A stretch of 64,000 nt of DNA from contig JAUFOQ010000003.1 in NCBI GenBank assembly GCA_040285855.1, positions 930,001 through 994,000 of the forward strand. The letters are read 5' to 3'. Position 1 is the stretch's first letter; each line of letters opens with the position of its first letter. The position numbers and the translations under genes are program-made. The DNA comes from Eukaryota sp. GEM-RC1. Taxonomy: Eukaryota. The notes beneath the pieces are model-generated. The model had not been told where the DNA came from. It saw nothing but the letters and a program-made list of their open reading frames with translations, and did not search any database. Below, in pieces: positions 1 to 13,060 of this stretch.

Positions 1-1633
1 AGCCAAACAAAAAAAGAAGGGACCAAGAGGATCTCCTTGTTTAACACCAGAAACAGAATTAAGAACAAATGAATTAAAAACTAAGTCAGAAGAGTGACCA
101 TAAAAACAATGAAAAAGGTACCTAATTCTGGAAAACTCTTTTCCAATTCAGAACAAATGGCAGATCGTTTAACAGAATTAAAAGCATTCTTAAAATCCAA
201 ATTGAAAATGCAATTATTTTCAACCGCATTGAAGAAAACATCAGAAGAAAGGGCAGCCACGGAAGCTCCATCAATGGTTTTAATACCATATTGATAAGGT
301 GAAAAGAAATCCTTGGCTTTGTTCGAAATTCTTTCAAAGACAACAGAAGCAAACAAACGGTAAATAGCTTCACCAACAGCAATAGGACGGATTTTCTTGT
401 TAGGCTTAATCAGTGCAACCAAACGAGAAGCAGACAACTCTTTTGGAGGAACAACCTTCGATAACAAAACATTGTTGAAAAAAGACATAAATCTTCAACA
501 ATAAGTGAATTTTGACGTGAAACAGATTTGAGCATATCAAAAGTAATACCTGAAGGTCCAGGAGCTTTTCCTGAAGGGAGTTTTAAAATACAACTCATCA
601 ACTCATCCACTCTAATGGGGTTTTCTTTCCAATACAAAGAAGGCATAGGCTTGACAGGAGAAAATTTTTCCAATGGATGAAGAGCCTGAAGTTGAGAAAC
701 AGTGTCCTCAGAAACAGGAGCAAGATCTGAAGAAAAAATGGCATTCTTAGCTGAACCATACCTACCTCGAAGAAGTTGTTGACGTACAACTTTATCCTTT
801 GGTAATTTCTTTGGAGCAAACACTTTCTTAGGGCGATTACAGGATTGAGATTGTTTCTCAAGAAAAAACTTCCAGATGTGAAGAACATCCCAAGAACCTA
901 GTGAAAGCGCTAGAGTAAAAGACCGAAAAGCAATAGAAAAAGGAATGGAGCCTTTGGGGCTGAGTTGATTTGGAATTTTCACAAAGGGTCGAAGAGTATC
1001 AACAGAGAGACAATCTCCACAAAACAAATAATTGTTTTTAATTAGGCAGGACGCCGAAACAGTTTTGCAAAAATTACATTCATTAAACTGACCAAATTTT
1101 GTAAAGGAATTATCAGAAAGAGGCTGAACGTTGTCTTCTGCCGTAACCTCAGAAGTGACAGCCAGACTGTCAACAACATTTGAGACTTCTGCAATGGCAG
1201 CTGATAGGGAATCAGGAATTTTAGGCAAATCAAAATTTGGACAAACTTTCTGATTTTTTCGGTGACCTAATTGACCACAAGAAGAACAGTTAGGTAGAGC
1301 TCTTTTTCGAATTTGCTGAGAAGCAGGGATCACAACTTCAGGAGAAGATTTGATGGAAGTAGAAGCAGCGTTAGACTCAGAAAAGACCTCAGAAGTAGAA
1401 GAAGTTTTAGAGGGAACAAAAGTGGGATTAGAAGAACAAAGAGGCAAAGAACTTGGCAACTCAACTGGACGTGAAGCTAGAACCTTATTGACAAGAGGGC
1501 TAACAGGAAATACAGACTGTGAAACACGAGACATAGAATCACCAGAAGAAGAAAGATGACTTACGGAAAGAGCAGAAGAGGGAGTCACAGAAGATTTACT
1601 GCTAACCAGAGAAATCCGAGTAAATGGACGCAC
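1..1633 (-). mobile_element. Non-LTR retrotransposon (RLE/CRE-like) ORF: zinc knuckle plus reverse transcriptase, running off the window start
   Basis: ORF 410-1633 has CSSCGQLGHRKNQKVC and KAPGPSGITFDML. After a frameshift near 480, ORF 81-488 has IRPIAVGEAIYRL, YQYGI and LDFKNAFNSV. Bases 1-60 read SGVKQGDPLGPFFF (RT motif B). Confidence 0.88.
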
Positions 1634-2249
1634 AAGTGGAGCTGAAGGACGACTTAGAGCAAAGATGGAGTACCCGCAAGCTTAGCCGCAATGCATGGTG
1701 ACATTCTTGGTGTCCTGTAACTTGGTTTATTAGGAAGACAATATTCCAAAGAATTTGTCACATGTCAGAGATTTTATTTGAAATGATTTGCTCCACCAAG
1801 ATCTCTCTTCTTTATAATCTACAGTACACTATACCCAACAGTGTTATTGATTATAACTCGTGTTCCAAAGAGCTCTATATATCAACGTGTCCTGGAGATC
1901 TTTCCGAAACTGCAACCGATCCATTTCTTCACTGAAATGAAATGATTGTATCAATACTTTCTTTCCAAAGTTGTTGAAGGATCAAATATAATGTAACTTT
2001 TTCAGACCCGGTAATTTGATTCATTCAACATTCAGATGTTGAACATTTGAATATAATGAGAGTCATCATCTCTCATAGTTATGTTTCTGATAGTTATAAC
2101 AACTATCTCTTATTATTATTGTGTAGTCCCATTTACGTGATGTAATAAACGATAGGTTATAGTTCTGTACTGAGAACATGTTAAACAATGACAGATCATA
2201 CAAAGAACTTTAGTAAAGACTTCAACTGATTTATTCATATTTTTCCAAA

Positions 2250-3104
2250 TTACTCATTGTAAAATAGAAACAACAAAACTACGGAAATTGACAGTCCAAT
2301 GTGCCACACTCCATGTGCCTGGAAAAATGAATGAGGCCAACATAAGATGTATTGACGGTCTAACTCCCATAAAACATATGAAAATGCAAGCCATGCCAAA
2401 GTCCAAAAGAAGTTCTTTGAAGGTGTTCTCGCTTTAAGCAAAAGAGTAATTCCTTCAGCTAATACAGTCACAACCAGTTGACCAATGAGAATGTTCCATG
2501 TCAAGCGCCCCCATCGATCAATGAACAAGTTTGCAATGGTGATGATTAATAGAATCCACAGAAACAATGAAAGGAATATTCTTGGAACTAGGGAGATCTT
2601 TTTACGTTTAAAAAGAGTAACATAAGCACGAGCAACAGAATAGCAAGCAATGTAGCCACCAAAGAAATGCATTCCTAACCCGTCAAGTCGTTCAGCTTTG
2701 AGAGTCAATGCGCAATGATACCACTTTGATCCCAGCCCAAGTAACATGAGAATAGTAGCATAAACCATGGAGTTGTACTGTTGAATGACAACATCACGAT
2801 CATAGTTGATCAGCTGCTTGTAATACATCATGATCCAGATGCTGCTCAGGCAAAAACCAATGCTTGTCCAGCCATTCACAGCTTGGCGACAGAAGCCTTG
2901 GGAGACTGACTCATAGTAGCAAGTGGGAAGACATCCAGCTTGATCAAATTGTGTCCAGTCTTGTTGAAGAAACAATTGACCTACTAGGAGGTAAACAGAG
3001 GACGCTACGAAGACGATTATTAGACTGAGTCTCCATAATGAGAACAGCAGTTCCAGAGATTCACTGTGGGAAGTAAGATTTTCGAACGACAAGGATCTGC
3101 GCAT
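2250..3104 (-). CDS. Ceramidase-like multi-pass membrane hydrolase (CREST superfamily)
   Basis: CxxE...RQAVNGWTSIGF, GSKWYH, ERLDGLGM and HGVWHI motifs; about 7-8 hydrophobic segments. Confidence 0.72.
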   Translation of the reverse strand: MRRSLSFENLTSHSESLELLFSLWRLSLIIVFVASSVYLLVGQLFLQQDWTQFDQAGCLPTCYYESVSQGFCRQAVNGWTSIGFCLSSIWIMMYYKQLINYDRDVVIQQYNSMVYATILMLLGLGSKWYHCALTLKAERLDGLGMHFFGGYIACYSVARAYVTLFKRKKISLVPRIFLSLFLWILLIITIANLFIDRWGRLTWNILIGQLVVTVLAEGITLLLKARTPSKNFFWTLAWLAFSYVLWELDRQYILCWPHSFFQAHGVWHIGLSISVVLLFLFYNE

Positions 3105-3869
3105 TGCGTACGCTTTTGAGGATTGCTCGTCTACTAACAGAACTAAAAATGAAGATGCCGGGTGTTTCTGCCGTAAAATTCAAAAAATTTCCTTGACAGT
3201 CCTTGCATCATCGTTTCTTTCTCCAGCCCACACACATCATCTTCGCTCAGCACTCTTAATGCTGAGAGTAAAGTTCCTAAGTCATGGATGGACAAACCGA
3301 AAAAATGAATATGACGTAAACAGAGTACACACTCTTGATATACCCAAAAATAGCTTTCTGTGAAAACAATGTGGATATAGGTGCTGCAAAACAACACATA
3401 CAACAATAAAACAACAGGTAAATAAAGACTTTTACCACAAACTACTAGTATATACCGAACATCAAAAAGTAGTTACCACCTAACAACTTGGCCAAAATGG
3501 AATCTAGGAACTAGTATCTATACATCGTAGTAATGGCACCCATTAAACTGAGGGGAAAAGATGCTCTGGAGGAGAGCACGGTGCTCTATTAGCCAGGATA
3601 TAGTACTATCAGTGCCAGCTAAAAAAAATGGTAGGGCAATTACTAGACACATATTAATTCAATTCACCAATTTTCCGCTTATTGGTCATCATTATCCGTT
3701 TTGGCCCTGTTTGCCAAGAACCTAACACATTAGGCTTGAGCCGGCTTAAAGTATTTTTGTCAGCCCAAAATCAATCACTTTGTGTGCTCAACCAATCCTG
3801 AACTGACTATTGATTTAACCAGAAAATTTAATTATTTGAAAATTAAGTTATTAAGTGATTTTGTAGAGG

Positions 3870-4640
3870 TTAATGACTCGCAATTGCCTTATCACGCTTT
3901 TTCATCGGCAAATTTTGGCAGTGTGGGTTTTTCACCAGCTTCATACTAAAAGTGCGTTAAACGCATAATATTAGCGATTGCGTTTAGGTTTGTTCCCTGC
4001 AGAATTGCCCGACAACTCTGAATGTGTCTGTAGTCGTCGTCGCAATGCAACTTTTAGACTTGTAATTAATTGCCCCAAATTTATTCAATTTCTTTCAGTT
4101 CTTCAAAATGCTGTCTGAGATGTTACATTTGAAATGTTTAAAGCTCATGCATTTCATGCCAAAGTTGAACCGTTATTTAGTAAGTTGGGTCTTGTTTTAA
4201 TTGATAATTCTCGTCGAGTGACTTACATGGTCCTAGACTTATGTTAATGGGCTTAAATTCAAAAGCTTTCAATTACCTAGAAGCAGCTGAAAAACGGAAA
4301 ATTGATTTGTATTCCAAAGATGTTGCTAAACTCAATCAAAAGTTATATTCAAAATTTATATTTGTTCAAATTGCTATTTCTGTTTCTGGTAAATGGCTTC
4401 TAAGTTTTAAACTGATTTTGGATCTATGTGTAAGTCTCAGAATAAGAGATTTAGCTTATCAATTTGGCACAACCGTTTGATTTCTTCTTTGTTCCGTTCG
4501 ATGCCTAAGTTTTTTAAATCAATTTTCACAAAGATGTATAAAAACTGTGATTCTGTTGACTAGGAATTTTCTGTGTCTACTGTTTCATAGCATTTATTAT
4601 GATATGTATTTTTGTACCCTCCATCAATAAACTGTTTTTG
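3870..4640 (+). mobile_element. Degenerate 3' fragment of an RLE-type non-LTR retrotransposon
   Basis: Manual translation gives RLRLGLFP..ECVC..VINC..NAV*DVTFEMFKAHAFHAKVEP then AAEKRKIDLY. Homologous to 7980-8420. Tail 4555-4625 recurs at ~50220-50290. Confidence 0.7.
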
Positions 4641-4948
4641 TCTAAGTAGTGTTCAATGACCAACTTAGTAAATGAGGTTTTAACTCACACTCATGATAAA
4701 TTATTTCTAATCACAATCAGGACAATTGTTACTTATCATAATGGCTGGTGGTATTCTTCAAACTTGGCTCTACTGTTCTAATTATTGTGCATCTTGTTTC
4801 CAAACGGGGAGAGATTTTTAAAAGAGACAGCGATGATCAGACTTTCATAATTCAACATAGTCAAATGAATCATTGATATTAAAATTACGAAAATATCAAA
4901 TCGTATGTTTATCAAATAAATTAACTTACACTCTATACACTGTAAACG

Positions 4949-6024
4949 TCACACCTTCCTAATTTGTGGAGGTATCGGCACCACCCTAATCTTTGCCTTA
5001 TCTCTCAGTTGTTGAGACCGTGCAAGATCCGCATTGACAGCAGCTCCATGCGATACTCGTAATTCCTCAATAGTTCTAAAAGGAAACGAACCTAACTTAT
5101 TAAAAGCATACTTTGACAACAGATCTGGATCATAAACAAACGAAGGAAACGAATTAATAATCGAAGACACCTTTACTATATCATATGCTTCCATAATCTT
5201 ATTCTTAGACAACATTAGTACAGCCAATGCATACCTAAACAACACCTTCACCCCTTCAAAGAAGAAAGCGTCCCAAATTCGATAAACACATTGGGAGGTT
5301 AGAGTTTTAGAGAACAAACACATGAACCAGTCAGTAGTTAAAAGATCTAACGGAGCACCACATTCCTCAAGATGTCCAGTAAACCTGCTACCAATCTTTT
5401 GGGTACACAGAGCGGAGAGAACTCGTTGATCAACCATGACTGCTGCCAGGTTTTTCGAAAAATACTCGCGAGGTAGATATTTATCTAGTATACAAGTCAA
5501 TATCCAGTAGGCTTCCTCCTCCTCTACAATGAGAAGTAACATACCCACAAGATAGTTCAATGACTGGACGTAGCCAATGTCTAAGGAAGTAACGCTGAAA
5601 ACGGTGAGGACACGTCTTAGCTTAGCAATGATGCAGGGAGAGCGGAATTCAGAATTCTCAGGGAAAGTTCGATCAAGGTCTAGTTTAATCTGGTCAACTG
5701 CAGAGGAGGAGTAGATGTCATGTCTGCCACAAGTAGCTTGATAGTAGCTTTGGTTTTTAGATTGACGTTCGAGAGCTCCTGTTAGACGAAGGTAGACAGG
5801 ACGGCGGTACTTACAAGGGATGCCTCGTCTGCAGAGAGATTTGAGTGTTTTGGATTGACTACGGGTTGCACCGTGAAAGGATCTGTGGATGTCGCGTGTT
5901 TACTCAGATATTTATCCCATTTTCTTTCTACAGATGACTGACGATTCATGAAAGAGGTTTCGAATTGTATGCGAGTCTCCATGGAAGAATCGATGGGAAA
6001 CTTATAAAAGTCATAGTGATTCAT
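4949..6024 (-). CDS. TBC-domain Rab GTPase-activating protein (one frameshift near 5850)
   Basis: Joined frames give LCRRGIPCKYR, IKLDLDRTFP, GYVQSLNY, WFMCLF and RIWDAFFFEGVKVLFR. Confidence 0.9.
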
Positions 6025-6140
6025 TCTGTGGAATCTGAATGATAGGAGTGGTAGTTACACAAGCAAAGGTGATGAGGATTGAGATTTTCAGATTTCTAGT
6101 TGAGTTTTTCCCAGTAACCAACACAGTCTACACCACTCTT

Positions 6141-7205
6141 ATGTCTGTCCCTGCTCTTTCTCGCGTTTCTACCAATATCCATGTTGAACTTTATCTGCCT
6201 TATGATGAAGAAGAAGGAATTCCAGAAAAGGTTCTTGACGCCACAGTCAACAATAATGAGTTCCTCATGAAGGAAAACCAACTCTTTGCATCTTTTGTAC
6301 ATCGTCACTCTGCCCAAGTCTCGGCTGCACTAGAAGAGGAAGAAGAATATCTCTCCACTCTAAGAAACAGACAAGAACGTGAATATCAACGATCTAAAAA
6401 CTCTGTCCTCACAATGGAACAGAAACTAGAAGTTGCAAGTAGAGAATTGGAGGACACCAAAGAAGATGTTGAAAGCGTTGAACAACAAGGTGCCATCATC
6501 ATCTCCAAAATCAATGCTCTTCTGTCCGAAGCAGCTCTCTCCGCCTCTGATGAACGTAAGCTTCTCTTCTCGTTCAAGAAGGATGTCCTGCAAACAAAAG
6601 ACGACGATCTCAATCCAAATAGAGTTGAGATTTGTGGTGACAAACTTATTTCTTTTTATCAACAAAAAATTAAGGAACGGAATACAACGGTTGAGAAGCT
6701 TAAGCTTAAGAACACTGGTTTACGGCAGAAGATCAACACTGTTAGGAAGAGACTCCAAACTAAAGAGATTTCAGGGGAAGGTCTTCGTGAGATTGACTTT
6801 GAACAACTTAAAATTGAAAACAGACAGTATATGCATCGGTTGGATGAGTATAACGAGGATTTAATGAATCTCAAAGTAGTTGCTGGTAAAGTTGTTTCGG
6901 ATTATAACGACTTTAAAGATTTACTTAACGATGCTCTTCTGCAGACAACCTTGTTAACTAAAGAGTTGGCTTCTAGGAGAGAGGCTCTTCAGAGGTTGGC
7001 TTCTGAGATTGCTGTCGTGGTTAAAGATAGGGATTCAGTTGATCACACGTCTCAAGTGTTAAAGGTAAGGACTTTTAAGGGATCTGGGCCTTCTACAGCT
7101 GATTATATTGAACAGAAGAGACAGGAGGAAGCATTGGTTAAGGAAGTGAAGAATTGGGAGAGGAAGATTGAGATTGCTAGAATTACTGCTAAAAATAGGA
7201 GTTAA
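6141..7205 (+). CDS. CCDC113/CFAP263-like ciliary coiled-coil protein (DUF4201)
   Basis: Long coiled coil with EGLREIDFEQLKIEN and C-terminal WERKIEIA; likely ATG at 6141. Confidence 0.8.
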   Translation: MSVPALSRVSTNIHVELYLPYDEEEGIPEKVLDATVNNNEFLMKENQLFASFVHRHSAQVSAALEEEEEYLSTLRNRQEREYQRSKNSVLTMEQKLEVASRELEDTKEDVESVEQQGAIIISKINALLSEAALSASDERKLLFSFKKDVLQTKDDDLNPNRVEICGDKLISFYQQKIKERNTTVEKLKLKNTGLRQKINTVRKRLQTKEISGEGLREIDFEQLKIENRQYMHRLDEYNEDLMNLKVVAGKVVSDYNDFKDLLNDALLQTTLLTKELASRREALQRLASEIAVVVKDRDSVDHTSQVLKVRTFKGSGPSTADYIEQKRQEEALVKEVKNWERKIEIARITAKNRS

Positions 7206-7800
7206 GATCGATATCAGGTTCTATTTAATCAGGTTGTATACTTATTGTCATGATTTTTGTGATTTTTATGGGCTTTAATTCCTATGTTTGTTTACTTTTT
7301 TACTGTTCTTATTCTTGTTTGGAGGTATTCTTTCACCGTGTACCATATATACTAAAGGTATCGACTGTTTCAAGATGAGTTTATGTTTTAAATTAAGGGG
7401 CCGTGTAAATCCACCATTTGATGGAAAAGTTCAGAATAAAATGATTGGTCTTCTTCTTTCTTGAAATCATTCCAACTTAGAACGGACCCAAGACCTTCTA
7501 TCTTACCAAAAGAAAATACAATTAATTATAAAATTTAGAAATAACATTAATTGAAATAGATTTAGAAAAGAAAATTAATTGAAATAAATTAATTCTCGAA
7601 TAATAGTTGAGCTTGAAATGGTTTGTCGATGAAAATTAAAAAAAGACGACAAAACGGAGTTTATAAACAATTAGTGAAGTGCAGTGACTATACTTCAATT
7701 GATTATAAACAAGTACTACAGTCCAGGGCCTGGGAATAAATTTTTGTATTTAAATTGTTGATTTAGTTAGTGTACATTGTACGTGGTAAGTGAGAAAAGC

Positions 7801-7910
7801 TTTATTCGGTACCCAATAAGGTAACCTTCCTGCAAAACTATCAAATTGAAAGAACAAACAAATAATACTAAGATTAAATCCAAACGACTTCATCACCACC
7901 CGGTAAATGA
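7801..7910. repeat. Dispersed ~110-bp repeat (second copy at ~11061-11171)
   Basis: TTTATTCGG(T/C)ACCCAATAAGGTAACCTTCCT...CATCACCACCCGGTAAA is near-identical at both loci. Confidence 0.85.
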
Positions 7911-7979
7911 TTACTTTTTTCAACATTAACCTTCACACCAAACTTGTACAGTTTCTCAATTAATCTAGAGAAATAGAAA

Positions 7980-8420
7980 GGCATATTCCGATATATGGAA
8001 AACACTATAAGGTTTTTCATTCAGCCATTATAAACTTACGCTTCTTTTCTTTACACAGTTCTTCGAAATCCTTGAGACATTGATCACCAGCAGGACTAAT
8101 CGATCCAAAAAGAGAAACAGCAAAAGGTTGAAACACAAATTTGGAATATGAGTTTCTATTTAATTCTTCAACTTGAGAGTCATACTTGGAGTGTTTGAGC
8201 TTTTCAGCAGCTGTAAACGGATGAAAACAAGAATCTAATATCCTGCTAACACAAGATCTGTTACAAACATCTACTGTAGTAAAATCCATTAATTATTGAC
8301 TCAAGTTAAGCCACGGAGTATGGAGATCCCCTCTTTTTTGATCAGTATATTCATTTTCTGAAAGGTGATTCAAAACTGGTTCAACTTTAGAGTGAAAACC
8401 ATGTGCCTTAAACATGGAAT
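7980..8420 (-). mobile_element. 3' fragment (restriction-like endonuclease) of a non-LTR retrotransposon
   Basis: MFKAHGFHSKVEP..KRGDL..MDFTTVDVC..KLKHSKY..FQPFAVSLFG, with an internal stop. Confidence 0.78.
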
Positions 8421-9529
8421 AAGTGGTAAGTTGGTGTCTTCAAATAAAATATATTATTTTAAAAAATAAATAATGATACATGTATTTTATTTATTGTTTC
8501 CAGGTTTGATTGGGTTCCTCCTTAATTTTCTTAGTGAAAATAAAAAATAAAAATTATGTTCATATTTTTTACTCTCTCACTGGACAACCTATAACAGGCC
8601 CTCTCATAAGATAATTTAAAATAATTTGAACATCAAACAGTGCCAAAAATAAATGTGAAATAAATATAATTAAAACAAAATAAAACCCAAATTTAAACAA
8701 AATACTTTATCAGTACATTCCTTGAATCTGAGTCACCATCGATGATTACACAATCCATGTGATCATATGTTTCTTGTCAAAAAGATTAGTTGACTTTCTG
8801 CTTCGTATAAGTGCTCTAACTATGTCACCACTACCTGTGGATCTTCAACATTAATTCACTGTGCAGCATCGTGGACCACCATGAGAAGCGTTCACTGATC
8901 ATATGCCCGGATATAGTGGGATTGGCTTAGACCGCAGGTAAAGGCTCGTCTGCGTCGGTTAGGTTCGACATTGAAATGGCAAAGTTTGAGGAAAAATGAC
9001 TTAACTTTGATTCTGGGCTGAGCTTGAGTATTTCGCACATCATGTTTCAAGTCAATCATCAACCTTGCACTAAATTAAACGATGTATTATATAGATCAAT
9101 GAAGTTTACTTCCCGACATTTATTTATATTTATTTTGATTTTGTTTTAGTTTGTGATATTTGGATGATCGTGAAAAAGTGTCACAATACATATAAATAGA
9201 AATAAAGGTAAATAAATAGAAATTATGTATATTTACGAGGAGCCCTGACCTATAAAGGAGAAAACTGCACTGAGTTGCAAATGTAACGGACTGATTATTT
9301 ACTGATGTGTAGTTGAGGATTTTGGTCATAACCATTAAAAATGGATCATTTCAAGTAGGAGTATACTCAGACTAGATACAGAACTCATTACAGCAGAGAT
9401 GCATACACTTTCTAAACTATTTGTGATTCGATTTTAAACTTTCTCTTTAAATTGAGCATGAATTTGAGATGATGTAGTGGTCTTGGTAGCTCCTTTGTAA
9501 ATATTGATGGTAGTTTGTATTTGTAAGCA

Positions 9530-11049
9530 TAGTTCAGATATACACGTGTTTGATTTTTCATATACTGTATATACACAAATATACATATACATTTGTATAT
9601 ACTGTGATATACACTAAGTAACAATTGTGTATACAGTTCATACACACATACATCAACAAATACATGTATATAAAATACTTTATTCAACAACGAGTCTGAT
9701 CATCAGCCACAACACGTTTAACTGTCTTCTTTGTATTATTTTTTCATTTTACACCTACTTCTTTGGATACAGATGCTATGATCACGTCCCCCTCCATTTC
9801 CGAGCAGAAACCAGATGATCCATCATCATCACTTACCGTAATCTCTTCACTTTCGTCTTCAACATTTAATTTTGGCACCTCTTCAAACGCTTCGTTTAAG
9901 TCAAATAAATATTTACAAGAACTGAGGTTAATAAGTGAAATATCATTTGGAAATCGATTAACAAATTGGAAAAATGAAATTTTCCCGCCCCCTAAAAAAG
10001 CAGGTTTACAAAGCATTGGTAAAACCAATACCAATAGCACCAAAATGAGCAGAAGTAAGCAGAAGTAAACAAGTGACTTCTAAGAAACGTTGAATCAACT
10101 TCTAACAATGAAGCAGAATATTTAATCCTCAACTCGTTAAAAGATCTAGAAAAATTCGAAGCGATTGCAGGAGCGTATATCTAAAAAGATGTGTCATTTT
10201 TACGGAGTAGCAAATTTCAAAATACAAAACTTAATGTGTTTGTCAATATCATATGAAGAAATTTTGTTGAATTCTGGCCGAATTTAGCCTAGCCCATTTG
10301 AAATTGGTCATTTCTTATTTGCTTAATGACCTGAATCTTTGTCCTTGACAATGGACTAATACAGTCTGGTCATCCAGTAGACCCTGACAAGTTCATAAAC
10401 CTTTGTATAACATGTAACTGAACTCATATACAAATATACACCGTTAACCAACATCTTGGGGATTTTTATATACGCTGTATATACAGGTTTTCTGTATATA
10501 AACAGTATATACTAGTGTTGCACGAAACGTGTGAAAATTCTTGTGGAAACGCGTTTACGTTTCGGAACCGTGTTTCCGTTTGCGAAACGGCATTTTATGG
10601 TTCTACATCTCAATTTTTGTCCACCAACATTCTCTCTTCGAAAAAATTCCGTTTAACGGGTATAATTGATTTTTATCAGTTCTTTGTTGTACGTGCAGGT
10701 GTTATACATGTTGTTATGGATTGAAATTCTCAATGTTATGAAATTGAGAGAGAAAATTGGATCACAAACTACAGTTATGCCTGTAAGTGTTTTCGTTTTA
10801 GTGGTTTGCTACTGTGCATCCAATTTTATTGGTAACATTCATATAAAGAGTATTAAAGTTCACTTAACGGAACATACTTTTCAACAAATTTATGGGAATC
10901 ATCAAGTTTTGGAATCCTTTATTCACGTTTCGGATGCGTTTCCTGTGAGTCATTAACGTTTCTGAAACGTCTCGGAAACGGAAACGTTGGAAACGCCGAA
11001 ACGTTTCGTGCAACACTAGTATATACAGTGTATATGTAGATCTGAACTA
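9530..11049. mobile_element. Possible older hAT-like non-autonomous element hosting the 10513-11018 MITE
   Basis: Imperfect TIR TAGTTCAGAT(A/C)TACA at 9530 and inverted at 11049; TATAC-rich subtermini; no TSD match. Confidence 0.45.
10513..11018. mobile_element. hAT-family MITE
   Basis: Perfect 17-bp TIR TAGTGTTGCACGAAACG; 8-bp TSD GTATATAC (10505-10512, 11019-11026); subterminal GAAACG repeats. Confidence 0.93.
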
Positions 11050-11980
11050 ACAACGACATGTTTATTCGGCACCCAATAAGGTAACCTTCCTACAAACTAT
11101 GAAATTGTAAAAACAAACAAATAATACTAAGATTAAATCCAAACGACTTCATCACCACCCGGTAAAAGATGACGTTTTTCTGAACTATGTTTGTAAGTGT
11201 AAATACCAGGCGTTTTTCCTTTCGGGACTTGACAAAGTGCATTCCCCATCGAAATAGAGCCAGACCAATCTAATTGAAAAAGTTCTACTCGTAGTAACAC
11301 AAAACCACTATTCCCGTGGTATTGATGGTATTCTTTCAACCGTAAAACTTTCATAGAATGTGAAAATGTGCTTGATGTTGTTCGGTAATTGTTGGAAAAC
11401 ATCGTTTTGGTTTGACCACATTCTCGTTGAATAGAACACTGTGTCTACATTAAAATCATTCCGTCGTAACACTGAAACCTATCTGAGAAGCTATAAGAAC
11501 ACACAAAACTTGGAGAGGTTGTTGTGTTCGTGTTAGATCACGTTTGTGAAGTGTTGTAGCATCACTTTTCCATGGAATAAAGTCTCAATAATTGCAGATA
11601 TTTATTTTCGCCAACCTACAATAACTCATACAAATAAATAATAACGAGGGTGTCATAAGGTGAGCTCCAAAACCATTTGGAGCAAATTTTCGTCAGAGAA
11701 ATCTTAAGGAGAGTATAAGGGCAAAAGCTCACTTGATTTTAATTTTCAATACGAATACAAACCAACTTTTGGTATCGAAACCATATCTTCATACGACCCT
11801 ACATCAGTAACTGAAGTTGAGCTGGTTTTCTAATATAAGGTCCGCACCGGTTTGGTCGATTTAGACCATCAAAAGCAGTTTCAAGGATCTCTACTGATCA
11901 GACACATTATGTTGACTCAAAATTACTTTTTTGGTGAGTAGTAAATGATCTAATAATTAATAAAACACATCGGGCAAGTA

Positions 11981-12969
11981 CAGTCTACCCTCCCAATATG
12001 ACCACCCTCTGAATAAGTCCACCCTCCCATTATGACCAAATTTTCACTGTCCGACTTTTTGTCTTCCCTTATCCGATTTCCTTACTCCAAATAAACCGGT
12101 TTCCTTTTTCGTTTCTTATATGTCAACATTATCGTGATCTCTTTCGATCATGTTTTTGATGGTTTTCATAACAAAACTCACATTTTTGACTTCACATATC
12201 CATATCCTATTGCTACAACATCTTTGATGGCAAAACGTGTTGTTAATTATCACTTGGCTAAGACAATCTCATGTGTTCTGGTCAGATCTTATTCCTCATA
12301 ATCTCCTCCCCCTCGAACCACTTTAGATCATGTCAAACAATGTTTTGGTCTTGTCTGTGGGGGAAAATTGTGTTGAGAGGGAAGCTCTCTCAAAAACAGT
12401 CACTTCCCCTCAGTAACGCCTTTTCAGCATTCCTCCTTCATCACAATCACCAGAAATTCTGTTGTGCACTAGTACGTTCACAGTTCTCTCCTATTTGAAT
12501 GTTGGTGAACATTTTTTCCTCCAAATTACGCTTATCCGCTTGCTGTGAGTCATAGCACTTCATCCTCTCCCTAGATAGGCGCTTTGAAAGTTATTGCCTT
12601 CCTTTTATCGCGATCTGAAATCCTGTACAAGATCATTGCTTTGGTGATCTTAGCCCTTACACTTTCTCTCTATAGTTGTTATCTGTTGATAAAAGCTGAA
12701 AGTAGTGGTCAAACTCTCTGTAGCAGTTCATCTTCATCAAAATTGTCACAATGTCTCCTTGTTTTTCCCCAAACATCTGTTCACCTAACTGGTGATAGAT
12801 CCAGCTCCAATTCTCCCTTCAATAGACGCACGGTTGTCTTAGCTTGTTGTTTTATTTGTTATAAACGATCGACGATCGCTGTTCATTCTATAAAAACCAA
12901 ACCCTCCGAATAAGTCCACCCTCCCAATAAGACTGGTCCGACACCTGGTCATATTGGGAGGGTAGACTG
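11981..12969. mobile_element. Non-autonomous Tc1/mariner-superfamily (pogo/Tigger-like) element
   Basis: Perfect 24-bp TIR CAGTCTACCCTCCCAATATGACCA flanked by TA on both sides; internal ACCCTC subrepeats. Confidence 0.9.
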
Positions 12970-13060
12970 TATAAGTTTTTATGACAAAGATATTGATCTC
13001 GATCAACAAATTTCACTAAGAATAAAACACACTTTCACAACAAATAGATTAAATGTATCA

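Noticed and set aside
8730..8960. Possible 5.8S rRNA-like stretch (CATCGATGA)
   Set aside because: Only a short word matches; flanking conserved rRNA motifs are absent.
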